A DNA stretch of 64,000 bases, taken from assembly GCA_050943735.1 (NCBI GenBank), contig JBMNPT010000004.1, positions 66,108-130,107 on the forward strand, given 5' to 3'. Under the pieces are notes generated by a model. It was given only the letters and a program-made list of their open reading frames with translations. It did no database searches and was not told where the DNA came from. Source of the DNA: Eubacteriales bacterium (lineage in GTDB: Bacteria > Bacillota > Clostridia > Oscillospirales > RGIG577). Below are positions 30,745 to 41,459 of this stretch, piece after piece (position 1 is the stretch's first letter; every line of letters begins with the position of its first letter). A program made the translations under genes and the position numbers.

Positions 30745-30819
30745 ATATCATATTTCGCACTCCTTGGGAGACGAATCCTCACAGGGAATCGGCTCATTGC
30801 TTGTGCAATGTGACAGTTA

Positions 30820-32694
<1,875 letters not shown>

Positions 32695-32737
32695 CTATAT
32701 TACATGTTGATATGATACAATGTTATTTTTTTACGGC

Positions 32738-33313
32738 TCAGTTGGCCACCTTGACCATTGCATGCCGCACGATTTTATCGCCGATGCGATACCCTTTCTG
32801 GAAGACTTCCACAATGGAGTTTTCCTCCAGGCCTTCTTCTTCCACATGCATTACCGCATTGTGAATGGTGGGGTCAAAAATTTCGCCCTGCTGGCCAAAG
32901 GGTTCCACACCCAAAGCTGCCAATGCATCTGTGCACTGCCGCAGCAGCATTTCCAAGCCCTCCCGTACGGGACCTTCTTCCTGCTGTCCGATGGCAATGC
33001 CCAAATTGTCCAGGATGGGGAGCATGCCCTTGACACTCACCGCTTTGACTTCCACTGTCAGGCTTTCCTTTTCCTTTTGGGTGCGGCGCTTGTAGTTGTC
33101 AAACTCCGCAGCTTGACGGAGGTATTTGTCTTTCATGGCCGCCACATCCTGGGTTGCCTGCTCCAGTGCCGCCTTCAGACCTGCAATTTCCGCTTCAGGA
33201 GTCATTTCCTCCTGCGGCTCCTGGCTTTCGGCCTGTTCCGCAGTTTCCTGCTGCACTTCCAGTTCTTCTTCGGGCTGCTGTGCGTCCTGCCGGTTTGTTT
33301 CCCTATCCGCCAT
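32738..33313 (-). CDS. grpE: Nucleotide exchange factor GrpE
   Basis: Acidic N-terminus, coiled coil (DKYLRQAAEFDNYKRRTQKE) and a C-terminal beta domain. Lies between hrcA and dnaK. Confidence 0.95.
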   Translation of the reverse strand: MADRETNRQDAQQPEEELEVQQETAEQAESQEPQEEMTPEAEIAGLKAALEQATQDVAAMKDKYLRQAAEFDNYKRRTQKEKESLTVEVKAVSVKGMLPILDNLGIAIGQQEEGPVREGLEMLLRQCTDALAALGVEPFGQQGEIFDPTIHNAVMHVEEEGLEENSIVEVFQKGYRIGDKIVRHAMVKVAN

Positions 33314-34364
33314 CTTGCTCCTCCTTATCTTCCTGGGCAGGTGCGCCCAGCTGTCTGTTCAAATTCTTTACAAAGTACTCCAAACTGGTGATGGCCTTGG
33401 CGTAATCCATTCGTGTGGGGCCAATGATTCCGATAAATCCATCGGAGTGCTGACCCGTATTGTATTTACACACGATGATGCTGGCATCCTTGGTTTGCAG
33501 TACTCTGCTTTCGTCACCAATGAGTACCGTAGTTTCCTGCTCTGGCGCGGCGTCTTCAAACAGATCGCCCAACAGCCGTTTGTCTTCCATCAGACTCAGG
33601 AAATCCCGCACCTTATCCACATCCTGATATTCCGGATACTGGAGCATCTTGCGCACACCGGCCAGATGAATGTTGTCGGTGTCCATCTCATTGATGGCAT
33701 CCGCGGCAAACCGCAGAATGGGCATGACCACATCCTTGTTTTCTCCCATGGCGGTTTCCAGAGAGAGAATGCTCTCCATGGAAATGGCATTGGCCGGTTT
33801 ATCGGTGATTGTCAGGTTGAGGAAGTGGCGCAGCATGGAGAGATTGTCAGGCTTCATGCCTTTTTCCACCCGGAACATCCGGTTTTTGGTAGCGCCTTCG
33901 CTGGTGACAATGACCAACAGGAAGTTGTGTTCATCCACCGGAACGATCTCCACTTTTTTGATGACGCTTTTGTTCACCGCCGTGGAAACCGCTACAGAAG
34001 TGTAGCCAGTAAACTGAGACACGCAACCCGCTGCATAGGAAATGATGCGGTCCAGCTCATTGAACTTCACCCGCATGGCCTCTTTCATGGCCTCCATCTC
34101 CCGCATGGAGAGCTGGTATTGCTTCATTAAGGTATCCACGTAAAAACGATATCCCAGATGAGAGGGAATCCGCCCCGCCGAAGTGTGAGGCTGTTCCAGC
34201 AATCCCATTTCTTCCAAATCCGCCATTTCATTGCGAATGGTAGCAGGAGAAAGATCCAATTCTTTGTGCTTGGAAATGGTTCTGCTTCCCACTGGCTCGG
34301 CATTTTCAATGTACGACTCAATGATGGTGCTCAGAATTTTTTTCTTCCGATCGCTCAGTTCCAT
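33303..34364 (-). CDS. hrcA: Heat-inducible transcriptional repressor HrcA
   Basis: MELSDRKKKILSTIIESYIENAEPVGSRTISK... is the typical HrcA N-terminal wHTH. The start was moved to the ATG at 34364, just downstream of CIRCE. Confidence 0.93.
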   Translation of the reverse strand: MELSDRKKKILSTIIESYIENAEPVGSRTISKHKELDLSPATIRNEMADLEEMGLLEQPHTSAGRIPSHLGYRFYVDTLMKQYQLSMREMEAMKEAMRVKFNELDRIISYAAGCVSQFTGYTSVAVSTAVNKSVIKKVEIVPVDEHNFLLVIVTSEGATKNRMFRVEKGMKPDNLSMLRHFLNLTITDKPANAISMESILSLETAMGENKDVVMPILRFAADAINEMDTDNIHLAGVRKMLQYPEYQDVDKVRDFLSLMEDKRLLGDLFEDAAPEQETTVLIGDESRVLQTKDASIIVCKYNTGQHSDGFIGIIGPTRMDYAKAITSLEYFVKNLNRQLGAPAQEDKEEQDGG

Positions 34365-34384
34365 TTCCTCACTTCCTTTCTGTG

Positions 34385-34411
34385 TTAGCACTCTAACACA
34401 CCGAGTGCTAA
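34385..34411 (-). promoter_or_regulatory. CIRCE operator (HrcA binding site)
   Basis: Perfect consensus TTAGCACTC-N9-GAGTGCTAA at 34385-34393 / 34403-34411, about 20 nt upstream of the hrcA start. Confidence 0.92.
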
Positions 34412-34418
34412 CAATATT

Positions 34419-34447
34419 AAAGTACCACTCGTTACCCATTTTGTCAA
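34419..34447 (-). promoter_or_regulatory. Putative SigA promoter of hrcA-grpE-dnaK-dnaJ
   Basis: On the minus strand: TTGACA (34447-34442), 17 nt, TACTTT preceded by TGg (extended -10-like). The -10 is weak, so the assignment is tentative. Confidence 0.35.
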
Positions 34448-34497
34448 GATTTTAAGTGTAAATACTTTATGAATAAAAGTTGCAGGATTTATGAACG

Positions 34498-34530
34498 AAA
34501 AAAAGAACACAGCGGGTAACTGTGTTCTTT
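34498..34530 (-). terminator. Rho-independent terminator after the small Cys-rich gene
   Basis: Stem agaacacag (34504-34512) / ctgtgttct (34520-34528). The A-run at 34498-34503 gives a U-tract on the minus strand. Confidence 0.6.
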
Positions 34531-34536
34531 ATGTTT

Positions 34537-34734
34537 TCATTTTTTCAGCCCCCGGTCCCGGAAAAAAGTTTCAAAGTCCCGTTTCCACAAAGCCTCTCCT
34601 TCCTTGGTAAAAAAGCATCCGGGTACACCACCCTTGTCTCGGTGATGTGCCACACAGGCACAACAAACACCATGGTTTTTGCATTCCACATTGGTACAGG
34701 TGCAGGGTCGTTTATTCAGGCATCCCATATTCAT
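34537..34734 (-). CDS. Small cysteine-rich protein (65 aa; DUF6485-like, putative metal-binding)
   Basis: The first ~43 residues contain nine Cys and three His: MNMGCLNKRPCTCTNVECKNHGVCCACVAHHRDKGGVPGCFF. The gene has its own terminator. The family name is from memory only. Confidence 0.55.
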   Translation of the reverse strand: MNMGCLNKRPCTCTNVECKNHGVCCACVAHHRDKGGVPGCFFTKEGEALWKRDFETFFRDRGLKK

Positions 34735-34816
34735 CCCTCGCTTTTTCTTTTAGTATAGCAAAATTTTCTCACATTTTCCAGTCCTTGTAAAAAATCATTT
34801 TTTATGAAAAAAAGTG

Positions 34817-34845
34817 TTGACAAATCTCTCCATTCTTCGTATAAT
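34817..34845 (+). promoter_or_regulatory. Consensus SigA promoter driving tRNA-Leu
   Basis: TTGACA (34817-34822), exactly 17 nt, TATAAT (34840-34845), about 40 nt upstream of the tRNA 5' end. Confidence 0.75.
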
Positions 34846-34886
34846 AAATAGCGTTGACGGCACAAATCCTCAACCAAATCAAATAC

Positions 34887-34973
34887 GCGGATGTGGCGGA
34901 ATTGGCAGACGCGCTAGCTTCAGGTGCTAGTGGTGGCAACATCGTGGGGGTTCAAGTCCCTTCATCCGCACCA
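34887..34973 (+). tRNA. tRNA-Leu (anticodon CAG), class II with a long variable arm and encoded CCA
   Basis: Acceptor GCGGATG/CATCCGC. Anticodon stem CTAGC/GCTAG with loop TTCAGGT, giving anticodon CAG. Variable arm TGGTGGCAACATCGT. T-loop GTTCAAGTC. 3' end ACCA. Confidence 0.9.
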
Positions 34974-35009
34974 ATCACTGTGGACAAAATGTCCACAGTG
35001 ATTTTTTTA
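34974..35009 (+). terminator. Rho-independent terminator immediately after tRNA-Leu
   Basis: Stem atcactgtggaca / tgtccacagtgat with loop aaa, followed by a T7 run (35002-35008). Confidence 0.85.
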
Positions 35010-35049
35010 TGTCTAAATTTCCCTACACATTGATGCTCCAACTTTTCTC

Positions 35050-36069
35050 CTATGCATTGTTGCCAAAAAATTCTTCCCCCCATTGCTGCTCCATACCCCA
35101 TTGCCGGGCCGCCAAACGAATCCTTTCTTTTTCCTTTTCATTTACAGGGGTTTCAAATACTCGAGCATGTGCCTGTGTCAGATTTTTCAAAATGGTTTCT
35201 TCTTCTTCCTTCATCCACTGTACACTGATTTGCGCAGTCTGCTGCAACGCCTGTCTGATACACTCCTGCTGCTCTTCCGGCAGAGAATACAAAAAACCGT
35301 AATTGACAACCCCCATTTTCATTTCTGGTGTATCCCATGTCATATAGAGATTGCTTTCTTTTCCTGCAATTCCGCCATAATATGCATCAAACAGACTCAC
35401 ATGAAAAATTTTTTCTTTGGGATCAATGCTCACATTCCATAAATCATTGTAGGGAAACTCCCGCACCGTATGGCCTTGCATCTGCCAATACTCATTAACT
35501 GGAGCATTTTGTATGGAGTACACTTCCATATTTTCAGGCAACTGCACAGTGGCCCTCTGATTGGAAACAATCATATCCCAACAATCCACCCAGAGGCCAA
35601 TACACTCCAACCCTCGTTCTTCCAAAGGCTGAGAGAGCCACTGTTTGTTGTTTTCCCAGAAAGTTTGGATTTCTTTTTCGGACTGAAACTCGTATGGGCA
35701 GAAAAACCCCCGATAAGCAGGTACGATTTCAGTAAGTGAGCGAGAGAAAATCCCCATTTCAATGGTTCCCATCTCCACACCACTTAAAAATTCCTCTTCT
35801 GTCCCCATGCTGCTCTCCGGATATAACTCCACCTTCAAATTGGCGCAGTCCTTTTCTACCTGTGGGCAAAACACTTCCAGCAGTGCCTTATGCTGCGGAT
35901 GATAAGAGGGATATTCATACGCCACTTTTAATATGGAAAACTCCTGCTGCATGGAAAGATACTGATACTGTTCTGTACTGGGCAACTCCTCTGTTTTCCA
36001 CGAAGAGGACGAGCAACCCACACACAGCAATGCAAGAGCTCCCACATTCATTTTCAACCATTTTGTCAT
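35050..36069 (-). CDS. Orphan DctP-like (TRAP-type) solute-binding lipoprotein, translationally coupled to the upstream regulator
   Basis: MTKWLKMNVGALALLCVGCSSSS is a signal peptide with a Cys. The body follows the DctP pattern (LKVELYPESSMGTEEEFLSGVEMGTIEMGI ... ). The ATG at 36069 forms ATGA with the regulator stop at 36066. No permease genes lie on this strand. Confidence 0.62.
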   Translation of the reverse strand: MTKWLKMNVGALALLCVGCSSSSWKTEELPSTEQYQYLSMQQEFSILKVAYEYPSYHPQHKALLEVFCPQVEKDCANLKVELYPESSMGTEEEFLSGVEMGTIEMGIFSRSLTEIVPAYRGFFCPYEFQSEKEIQTFWENNKQWLSQPLEERGLECIGLWVDCWDMIVSNQRATVQLPENMEVYSIQNAPVNEYWQMQGHTVREFPYNDLWNVSIDPKEKIFHVSLFDAYYGGIAGKESNLYMTWDTPEMKMGVVNYGFLYSLPEEQQECIRQALQQTAQISVQWMKEEEETILKNLTQAHARVFETPVNEKEKERIRLAARQWGMEQQWGEEFFGNNA

Positions 36070-38285
36070 TTCTGCTGCAACTCCCTGTATTGACCCGGTG
36101 TAATTCCTTCCATTTTTTTGAACGCACGGGAAAAGGTCTGTACGCTGTTGAATCCCACAAGTCCTGCAATCTCTGCCAGTCCTTTTTCGTTGTCCCGCAG
36201 CAATCTCTTGGCTTTTTCCACTCTGAGCCGATTGCAATATTCCATTACATTGCAACCCATGGCGTCCTTAAAAATTTTACCACCATACGAAACACTGATT
36301 TCCGCCGCATCTGTCACATCCTGCAGAGAAAAATCCTTGTCCAAATGATTTTTCATAAATTCAATCATCATCTCAATCTTTCGAGTGTTTTTCCCCTGCA
36401 AATAGTCCGACATGGATTGAGCATATCTATGAATCAACTGTTCTCCCAAGAAAACAGCCGTCTGCCACTTCTCTGTATGAGAAAGATCTTGTAAAAGTTC
36501 TTCCTCTTTCTGACGATTTTGGCCATCAGTGGCATACAAACCATAGACTCCATCCAATTCCTTCATAAAAGAAACCCACTCCTGCAGATTACGTTGGTCA
36601 TCGGGTTGTGCCTGCAGCCAATTGGCATAATCCTCCATGGCTCCATGCAGCTCTTTCTGACTCCGGCTTTTCATCCATTTCATGATCTCCTGTTTCCGTT
36701 TTTCATCCCAATAGCACTCAGATTCCTCCCATAGCATTGCTGTGCTGGCTTCCTCCACATTCCCATCGGCTTCGCGCCGCAGCATTTTTCGCATCAGTGA
36801 TAGATAGGCCTTCCGAATACCATCCCAACCGCTGCAAGGACCCGTAATCCACAGAAAACCAATCTCTTCCCCAACGTTTTCCCGTACCCAGATTTTCAGT
36901 TCCTTCTCCTCGATCTGAGCAGAACCATTTTCTTTTTTGCGGACCACACCAGCCACCACATTTTCACTGACTGCGCACCAACTCATCTCTGTGCACCATG
37001 ACCTGCCTGCGTTGTATAAATTTTCCTGTCCTTTTTCTGCGCGTCCCGGCGTTACACACAGTACCACCCACGCCGGATTTTTGCCTCTGCCATCCATCCA
37101 GCTCAATGAGCTTTCCCCCACCGATACATTGGGAACCCCTCTGAGAATCTTTCGCAGCAAAAACGCATCCTTATAATTTTGCAGTTCATGATTGGCTCTT
37201 CTCAAATTTTTATTGTCCTGCAAAAGTCGATCGTACGTCTGATCCAAAATGTGATATTCTTCCAACAGAATTTTTCTGGTGGACTTGGTCTGCCCTGGCA
37301 TATCCACACCGATGCCTTTGATCATATTTGCCAGAGGCGTATACAAATAGGAAGCAATCACGTACATGCCCAAGGACAACACCAAAAAGGCCATGCTGGC
37401 CACAAAGCCGGCTAACACCGCAACTTTGCGGGTTTTATTTTGTACCACTCCTTCTGGTACAGCATAGACAAACTTACAACCTGAATACGGGGAGGTAACA
37501 TATGTAAAAACTTTTTTATCCCCCTCATAAGGGCCAGTCCACTGCCCTTCGGTAGACATGAGAGGAATTTGTTCCTGTAATGCCTCTGCCTGAGCAGGTC
37601 CGGCCAGCAATTCTCCATACCGATTAAAAATCCAGATTTCTCCCTCCTGATACTGCATATGGTTGATCAGTTTCTGGTAAATTTCATCCACAGAATAATT
37701 GACCACAATGGCCGCTGACTGATCCCACGTGGTATAGGGAACCCGGCACAACACAGTAAAATAACGTCTCGTCCCCAGTTGAGGATGAATCACCTCTCTG
37801 GCATAGTCAAAATATTTCACACCCAATGGAACCTGCTGTAGTGCTTCCATCCAGTCAACATCATAAAAGGCGTCCGCTGCATACAGCTCTCCCGCCGAAG
37901 AAATGATGAGATTTTTACGCTGATTGTAATAATAGACATTGGACACATAGGGGGTGGTCACGGCGAATTCATACAATTCCTTTACCATGGGCTGTGTGGT
38001 GTCCAGTGCTCCGTCCACATCAATTTCCAATCCAGTGTTATACGTCATGTGAATGAGGGAAGATTCACGGCTCAACTGCTGAAGCTGTTTTTGGCTCTGG
38101 CTGATAAAGCTGTCGTGGAGCTGTACGGCTTTTTGCAAAATATACAGATTGTGTTGGTGGTTCTGTTCCCCAATGCTGCGGGTAGATGCTTGATATACAA
38201 TGAGAAAGGCTGCTACAAATGGCACAAATGCCGTCACAATAATGATGGCCCAAATTTTGTACAAGCCTTTTCTTTTTTTCATCAT
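36066..38285 (-). CDS. Membrane-anchored AraC-family transcriptional regulator (TM, extracytoplasmic Cache-like sensor, TM, cytoplasmic region, AraC HTH)
   Basis: TM1 is IWAIIIVTAFVPFVAAFLIVY and TM2 is VAVLAGFVASMAFLVLSLGMYVIASYLY, flanking about 270 aa. The C-terminal AraC HTH pair reads FSLQDVTDAAEISVSYGGKIFK...LAEIAGLVGFNSVQTFSRAFKKMEGITPGQY. No receiver or kinase motifs were recognised. Confidence 0.75.
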   Translation of the reverse strand: MMKKRKGLYKIWAIIIVTAFVPFVAAFLIVYQASTRSIGEQNHQHNLYILQKAVQLHDSFISQSQKQLQQLSRESSLIHMTYNTGLEIDVDGALDTTQPMVKELYEFAVTTPYVSNVYYYNQRKNLIISSAGELYAADAFYDVDWMEALQQVPLGVKYFDYAREVIHPQLGTRRYFTVLCRVPYTTWDQSAAIVVNYSVDEIYQKLINHMQYQEGEIWIFNRYGELLAGPAQAEALQEQIPLMSTEGQWTGPYEGDKKVFTYVTSPYSGCKFVYAVPEGVVQNKTRKVAVLAGFVASMAFLVLSLGMYVIASYLYTPLANMIKGIGVDMPGQTKSTRKILLEEYHILDQTYDRLLQDNKNLRRANHELQNYKDAFLLRKILRGVPNVSVGESSLSWMDGRGKNPAWVVLCVTPGRAEKGQENLYNAGRSWCTEMSWCAVSENVVAGVVRKKENGSAQIEEKELKIWVRENVGEEIGFLWITGPCSGWDGIRKAYLSLMRKMLRREADGNVEEASTAMLWEESECYWDEKRKQEIMKWMKSRSQKELHGAMEDYANWLQAQPDDQRNLQEWVSFMKELDGVYGLYATDGQNRQKEEELLQDLSHTEKWQTAVFLGEQLIHRYAQSMSDYLQGKNTRKIEMMIEFMKNHLDKDFSLQDVTDAAEISVSYGGKIFKDAMGCNVMEYCNRLRVEKAKRLLRDNEKGLAEIAGLVGFNSVQTFSRAFKKMEGITPGQYRELQQK

Positions 38286-38551
38286 TTTCACTTCACCACC
38301 AAATCTGCCAGTCATTTTTGCATTTTTCTCACAACAAAAAGTGTAAAACATTCAAAAAAAGCATATTTTTGATTTGCCAATCTCTCTCAAGATTCACCAA
38401 AACCAAGATTGCCCATTTACTTTTTTCCATGCAAATTCTACAATGAACCTGTATTCCGGATACCAGTGAAACGCATCTGTCGCTTTCCTGTTGTACTTCA
38501 AGTGTAATCCATTTGTCCGCATTTGTAAAATGTGAAAAAGGAGAATTTGTT

Positions 38552-39598
38552 ATGAAAAAGGAATTTACCCGCAAGATGATCGCTTGTGCCCTTACACTTT
38601 CTCTTGCAGCACTGACCATAACTTCCGGTTGCAGTTCTACTGACCAAAATAATACAGATCCCTCTTCTTCCACCTCTACTTCTTCTTCGGGGGAAAATAT
38701 CAAACTTCGACTGGGCCATATCCAGCCAGTGGAACATTTGAACCACATCGCCACTACTTATATGTCCGATCTGGTGAAAGAGCGCACCAATGGCTCTGTC
38801 ATCATTGAAATCTATCCCGCTGAAACACTGGGCGTGGAAAAAGAAATGGCCGATGCCATTTCCATCGGCGGATTGGACATGTTCTGCTGTTCCGCTTCCC
38901 AATTCACCTTGAAATATGAACCCATGTCCATTTTCGAAGGCCCCTATATCTTCCGGGACCGGGAACATGTAAAAAAGGTATATGAAAGTGAGATTATGGA
39001 CGAGCTGAACGAAGGATTGGCCAAGACCTGCAATGTACGCAGCATTGCCCAGCTCTACTACGGAACACGTCACACCACCACTTCCACTGTAGCAGCCAAA
39101 ACACCGGCTGATTTCAATGGCGTGAAACTGCGTGCCCCCAACACTCCCATTTTCATGGACACCGTCAACGCCATGGGCGCTGTGGCCACTCCGCTGGCTT
39201 ACGCGGAAACCTACCTGGCCCTCCAGCAGGGTGTGGTAGATGGTCAGGAAAATCCCGCATCTGCCATTGCCAGCATGAAATTTGACGAGGTGCAAAAATA
39301 TCTGATTTTGACCGCGCACATGATTCAAATCAACCATATTTTCCTGGGTGAATTGACCCGTCAGCAGCTTTCCGACGAGGTAGTGGACATCATCGAAACA
39401 GCTGCCACCGAAGCCACTGAAAAGTACAATGACGAAGCCTATAAAATTGAAGATGATCTTTTGGCCCAGCTGGGCGAAACCATGACCATTGTGGAGCCCG
39501 ACCTGGATGCATTCCGGGAAGCCTGTTCCTCCGTATATGAAAAATATGAAGATGCCTGGGGCGAAGGCATGGTTGAAAGAATTCAAGCAATTCAGTAA
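38552..39598 (+). CDS. TRAP transporter substrate-binding lipoprotein (DctP family)
   Basis: MKKEFTRKMIACALTLSLAALTITSGCSS carries a lipobox. LRLGHIQPVEHLNH..., IEIYPAETLG.EKEM..., LALQQGVVDGQENP are typical of DctP. GGAGAA RBS lies before the ATG at 38552. Confidence 0.87.
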   Translation: MKKEFTRKMIACALTLSLAALTITSGCSSTDQNNTDPSSSTSTSSSGENIKLRLGHIQPVEHLNHIATTYMSDLVKERTNGSVIIEIYPAETLGVEKEMADAISIGGLDMFCCSASQFTLKYEPMSIFEGPYIFRDREHVKKVYESEIMDELNEGLAKTCNVRSIAQLYYGTRHTTTSTVAAKTPADFNGVKLRAPNTPIFMDTVNAMGAVATPLAYAETYLALQQGVVDGQENPASAIASMKFDEVQKYLILTAHMIQINHIFLGELTRQQLSDEVVDIIETAATEATEKYNDEAYKIEDDLLAQLGETMTIVEPDLDAFREACSSVYEKYEDAWGEGMVERIQAIQ

Positions 39599-39676
39599 TA
39601 CTTTTCCTCCTGGAAGCTCGCCGTCTGCCATCAGATGGCGGGCTTCTTCCTCAACACAATCTTGGAGGTGCTCTTT

Positions 39677-40177
39677 ATGAATTTCATTAAAAAAATTTCC
39701 GATCTCTATTTGACCATTTTGAAATACTTTTTGGAAATTGTCTTTGGCGGAATGGTTTTGCTGGTATTTGCCCAGGTGGTGGCACGCTTCCTTTTCAACC
39801 GTCCCTTTGGCTGGTCTGATGAACTGGCCTGCCACATGCAAACCATCATCCTATTTGCCGGCCTGGCCTACTGCGTATACAAAAAAAGCCACACAGAAAT
39901 GGTCATGTTTTACAATCTCATGCCATCCTGGGGGCAAATTCTCTGTTCCATTGTGGGAAATGCCATTATGCTATACTGCATGATCGTTTTCACACAGGCG
40001 TCTTTCACCTTTATGCAGCAGCAGCATGTCCCCTCTCCTAGCATGGATTGGCTGATGCTTCATTGGATTTACAGCATCATTCCCTTTGGCTCCATCACCT
40101 GTTGCCTGTATATCGCCGGTGACTTGATTCGCAGCATCTGTCGGCTTTTCAAAAAGGGGGAACATAAATCATGTTGA
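39677..40177 (+). CDS. TRAP transporter small permease (DctQ family)
   Basis: About 166 aa with 4 predicted TM helices. GGAGGTG RBS lies before the ATG at 39677. Lies between the DctP and DctM genes. Confidence 0.8.
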   Translation: MNFIKKISDLYLTILKYFLEIVFGGMVLLVFAQVVARFLFNRPFGWSDELACHMQTIILFAGLAYCVYKKSHTEMVMFYNLMPSWGQILCSIVGNAIMLYCMIVFTQASFTFMQQQHVPSPSMDWLMLHWIYSIIPFGSITCCLYIAGDLIRSICRLFKKGEHKSC

Positions 40178-41442
40178 CATTTTTCCTCAGCTTTTTCATT
40201 TTTATGATCATTAAAATCCCCATCGGATTTGCCATGCTATGCAGTAGCTGTCTGTACATGCTGGCCAATCAGGAGAGTATGATGATCATGGTACAGCGCG
40301 TATTGGCCGCCCCCAATTCCTTCACCATGCTGGCGGTTGGATTCTTCATCCTCACCGGCAACCTGATGAACACCGGTGGTATCACCTCCCGGATTTTTGA
40401 CTTTGCACAAAAGCTGGTGGGGCATCTCACTGGCGGTATCGGTCATGCCATCGTGGTGGCCAGTATCATTTTTTCCGGCATGTCAGGTTCGGCCGTAGCG
40501 GAAGCCGGCGGACTGGGACTGATTGAACTGAAAGCCATGAAGGACAACGGCTACGATGAGGATTTTTCTCTGGCTCTCACCGCTTCGTCTTCCATCATTG
40601 GGCCCATCATTCCTCCTTCGGTCCCGGCGGTGATTTTTGGCGTAGCTTCCGGCGTATCCATCGGACGGCTGTTTTTAGGCGGTGTGGTCCCCGGATTGCT
40701 CATGGGACTCACACTTTCCATCATGGTGTATCTGTTTGCCAAGAAGCACAAATATCCCCGGCCCCCTCGTCCCGCCCTTTCTGAAATGTGGAAATCCTTC
40801 TGCAACGCTTTTTTGCCTCTGATGACCCCTATCATCATCATTGGCGGTATGATGTTCTCCATTTTCACTCCCACTGAGGCTTCGGTGGTAGCGGTGGTAT
40901 ATGCTCTGATTTTGGGGCTTTTGTCCCGAGAATTGACCTTCTCTGATATTCCGGACATTCTGGCTGAGAGCATTGAAGCCACGGTCAGCATCCTTTTCAT
41001 GGTAGGCTGTTCCAATATTTTTGGCTGGGTCATCGCCACCACCCAAATGGCTCAGGCTTTGGCCAGCTGGTTCAGCACCTATATCAGCAGCCCTATTGTG
41101 GCCTTGCTTTTGATCAACCTCTTCCTTGTCATTCTGGGCTGCTTTATGGAAACTTTGTCCGCCCTGGTGATTCTGGTGCCCATTTTGATGCCCATTATCA
41201 CCCCTCTGAACATCGACCCTGTCCACTTTGGCATTGTGGTCATTCTGAACCTGATGATCGGACTTATGACCCCACCTGTCGGCATGGTTCTCTATGTACT
41301 GTCCAACATTTCCGGCGTCCCCTTTGAACGGATTGGAAAGGCCTGTATTCCCTTTATCGGTGTCATGTTCCTGCTGTTGCTGGTGATTACCCTCTGCCCG
41401 CCTCTTTCCACCGCTCTGCCCAATCTATTCTTCAACACATAA
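40171..41442 (+). CDS. TRAP transporter large permease (DctM family)
   Basis: 423 aa polytopic protein with typical DctM blocks (FSGMSGSAVAEAGGLG, IPPSVP.VIFG). The start overlaps the dctQ end. Confidence 0.9.
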   Translation: MLTFFLSFFIFMIIKIPIGFAMLCSSCLYMLANQESMMIMVQRVLAAPNSFTMLAVGFFILTGNLMNTGGITSRIFDFAQKLVGHLTGGIGHAIVVASIIFSGMSGSAVAEAGGLGLIELKAMKDNGYDEDFSLALTASSSIIGPIIPPSVPAVIFGVASGVSIGRLFLGGVVPGLLMGLTLSIMVYLFAKKHKYPRPPRPALSEMWKSFCNAFLPLMTPIIIIGGMMFSIFTPTEASVVAVVYALILGLLSRELTFSDIPDILAESIEATVSILFMVGCSNIFGWVIATTQMAQALASWFSTYISSPIVALLLINLFLVILGCFMETLSALVILVPILMPIITPLNIDPVHFGIVVILNLMIGLMTPPVGMVLYVLSNISGVPFERIGKACIPFIGVMFLLLLVITLCPPLSTALPNLFFNT

Positions 41443-41459
41443 CAGAGGAGGATTTTCCT

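Noticed and set aside
38498-39841. 447-aa minus-strand ORF
   Set aside because: It is antisense to the DctP gene (lipobox and DctP blocks on the sense strand). Other shadow ORFs were dismissed for the same reason, for example 23358-24782, 26001-27503, 29529-30728, 31453-32715 and 54223-55380.
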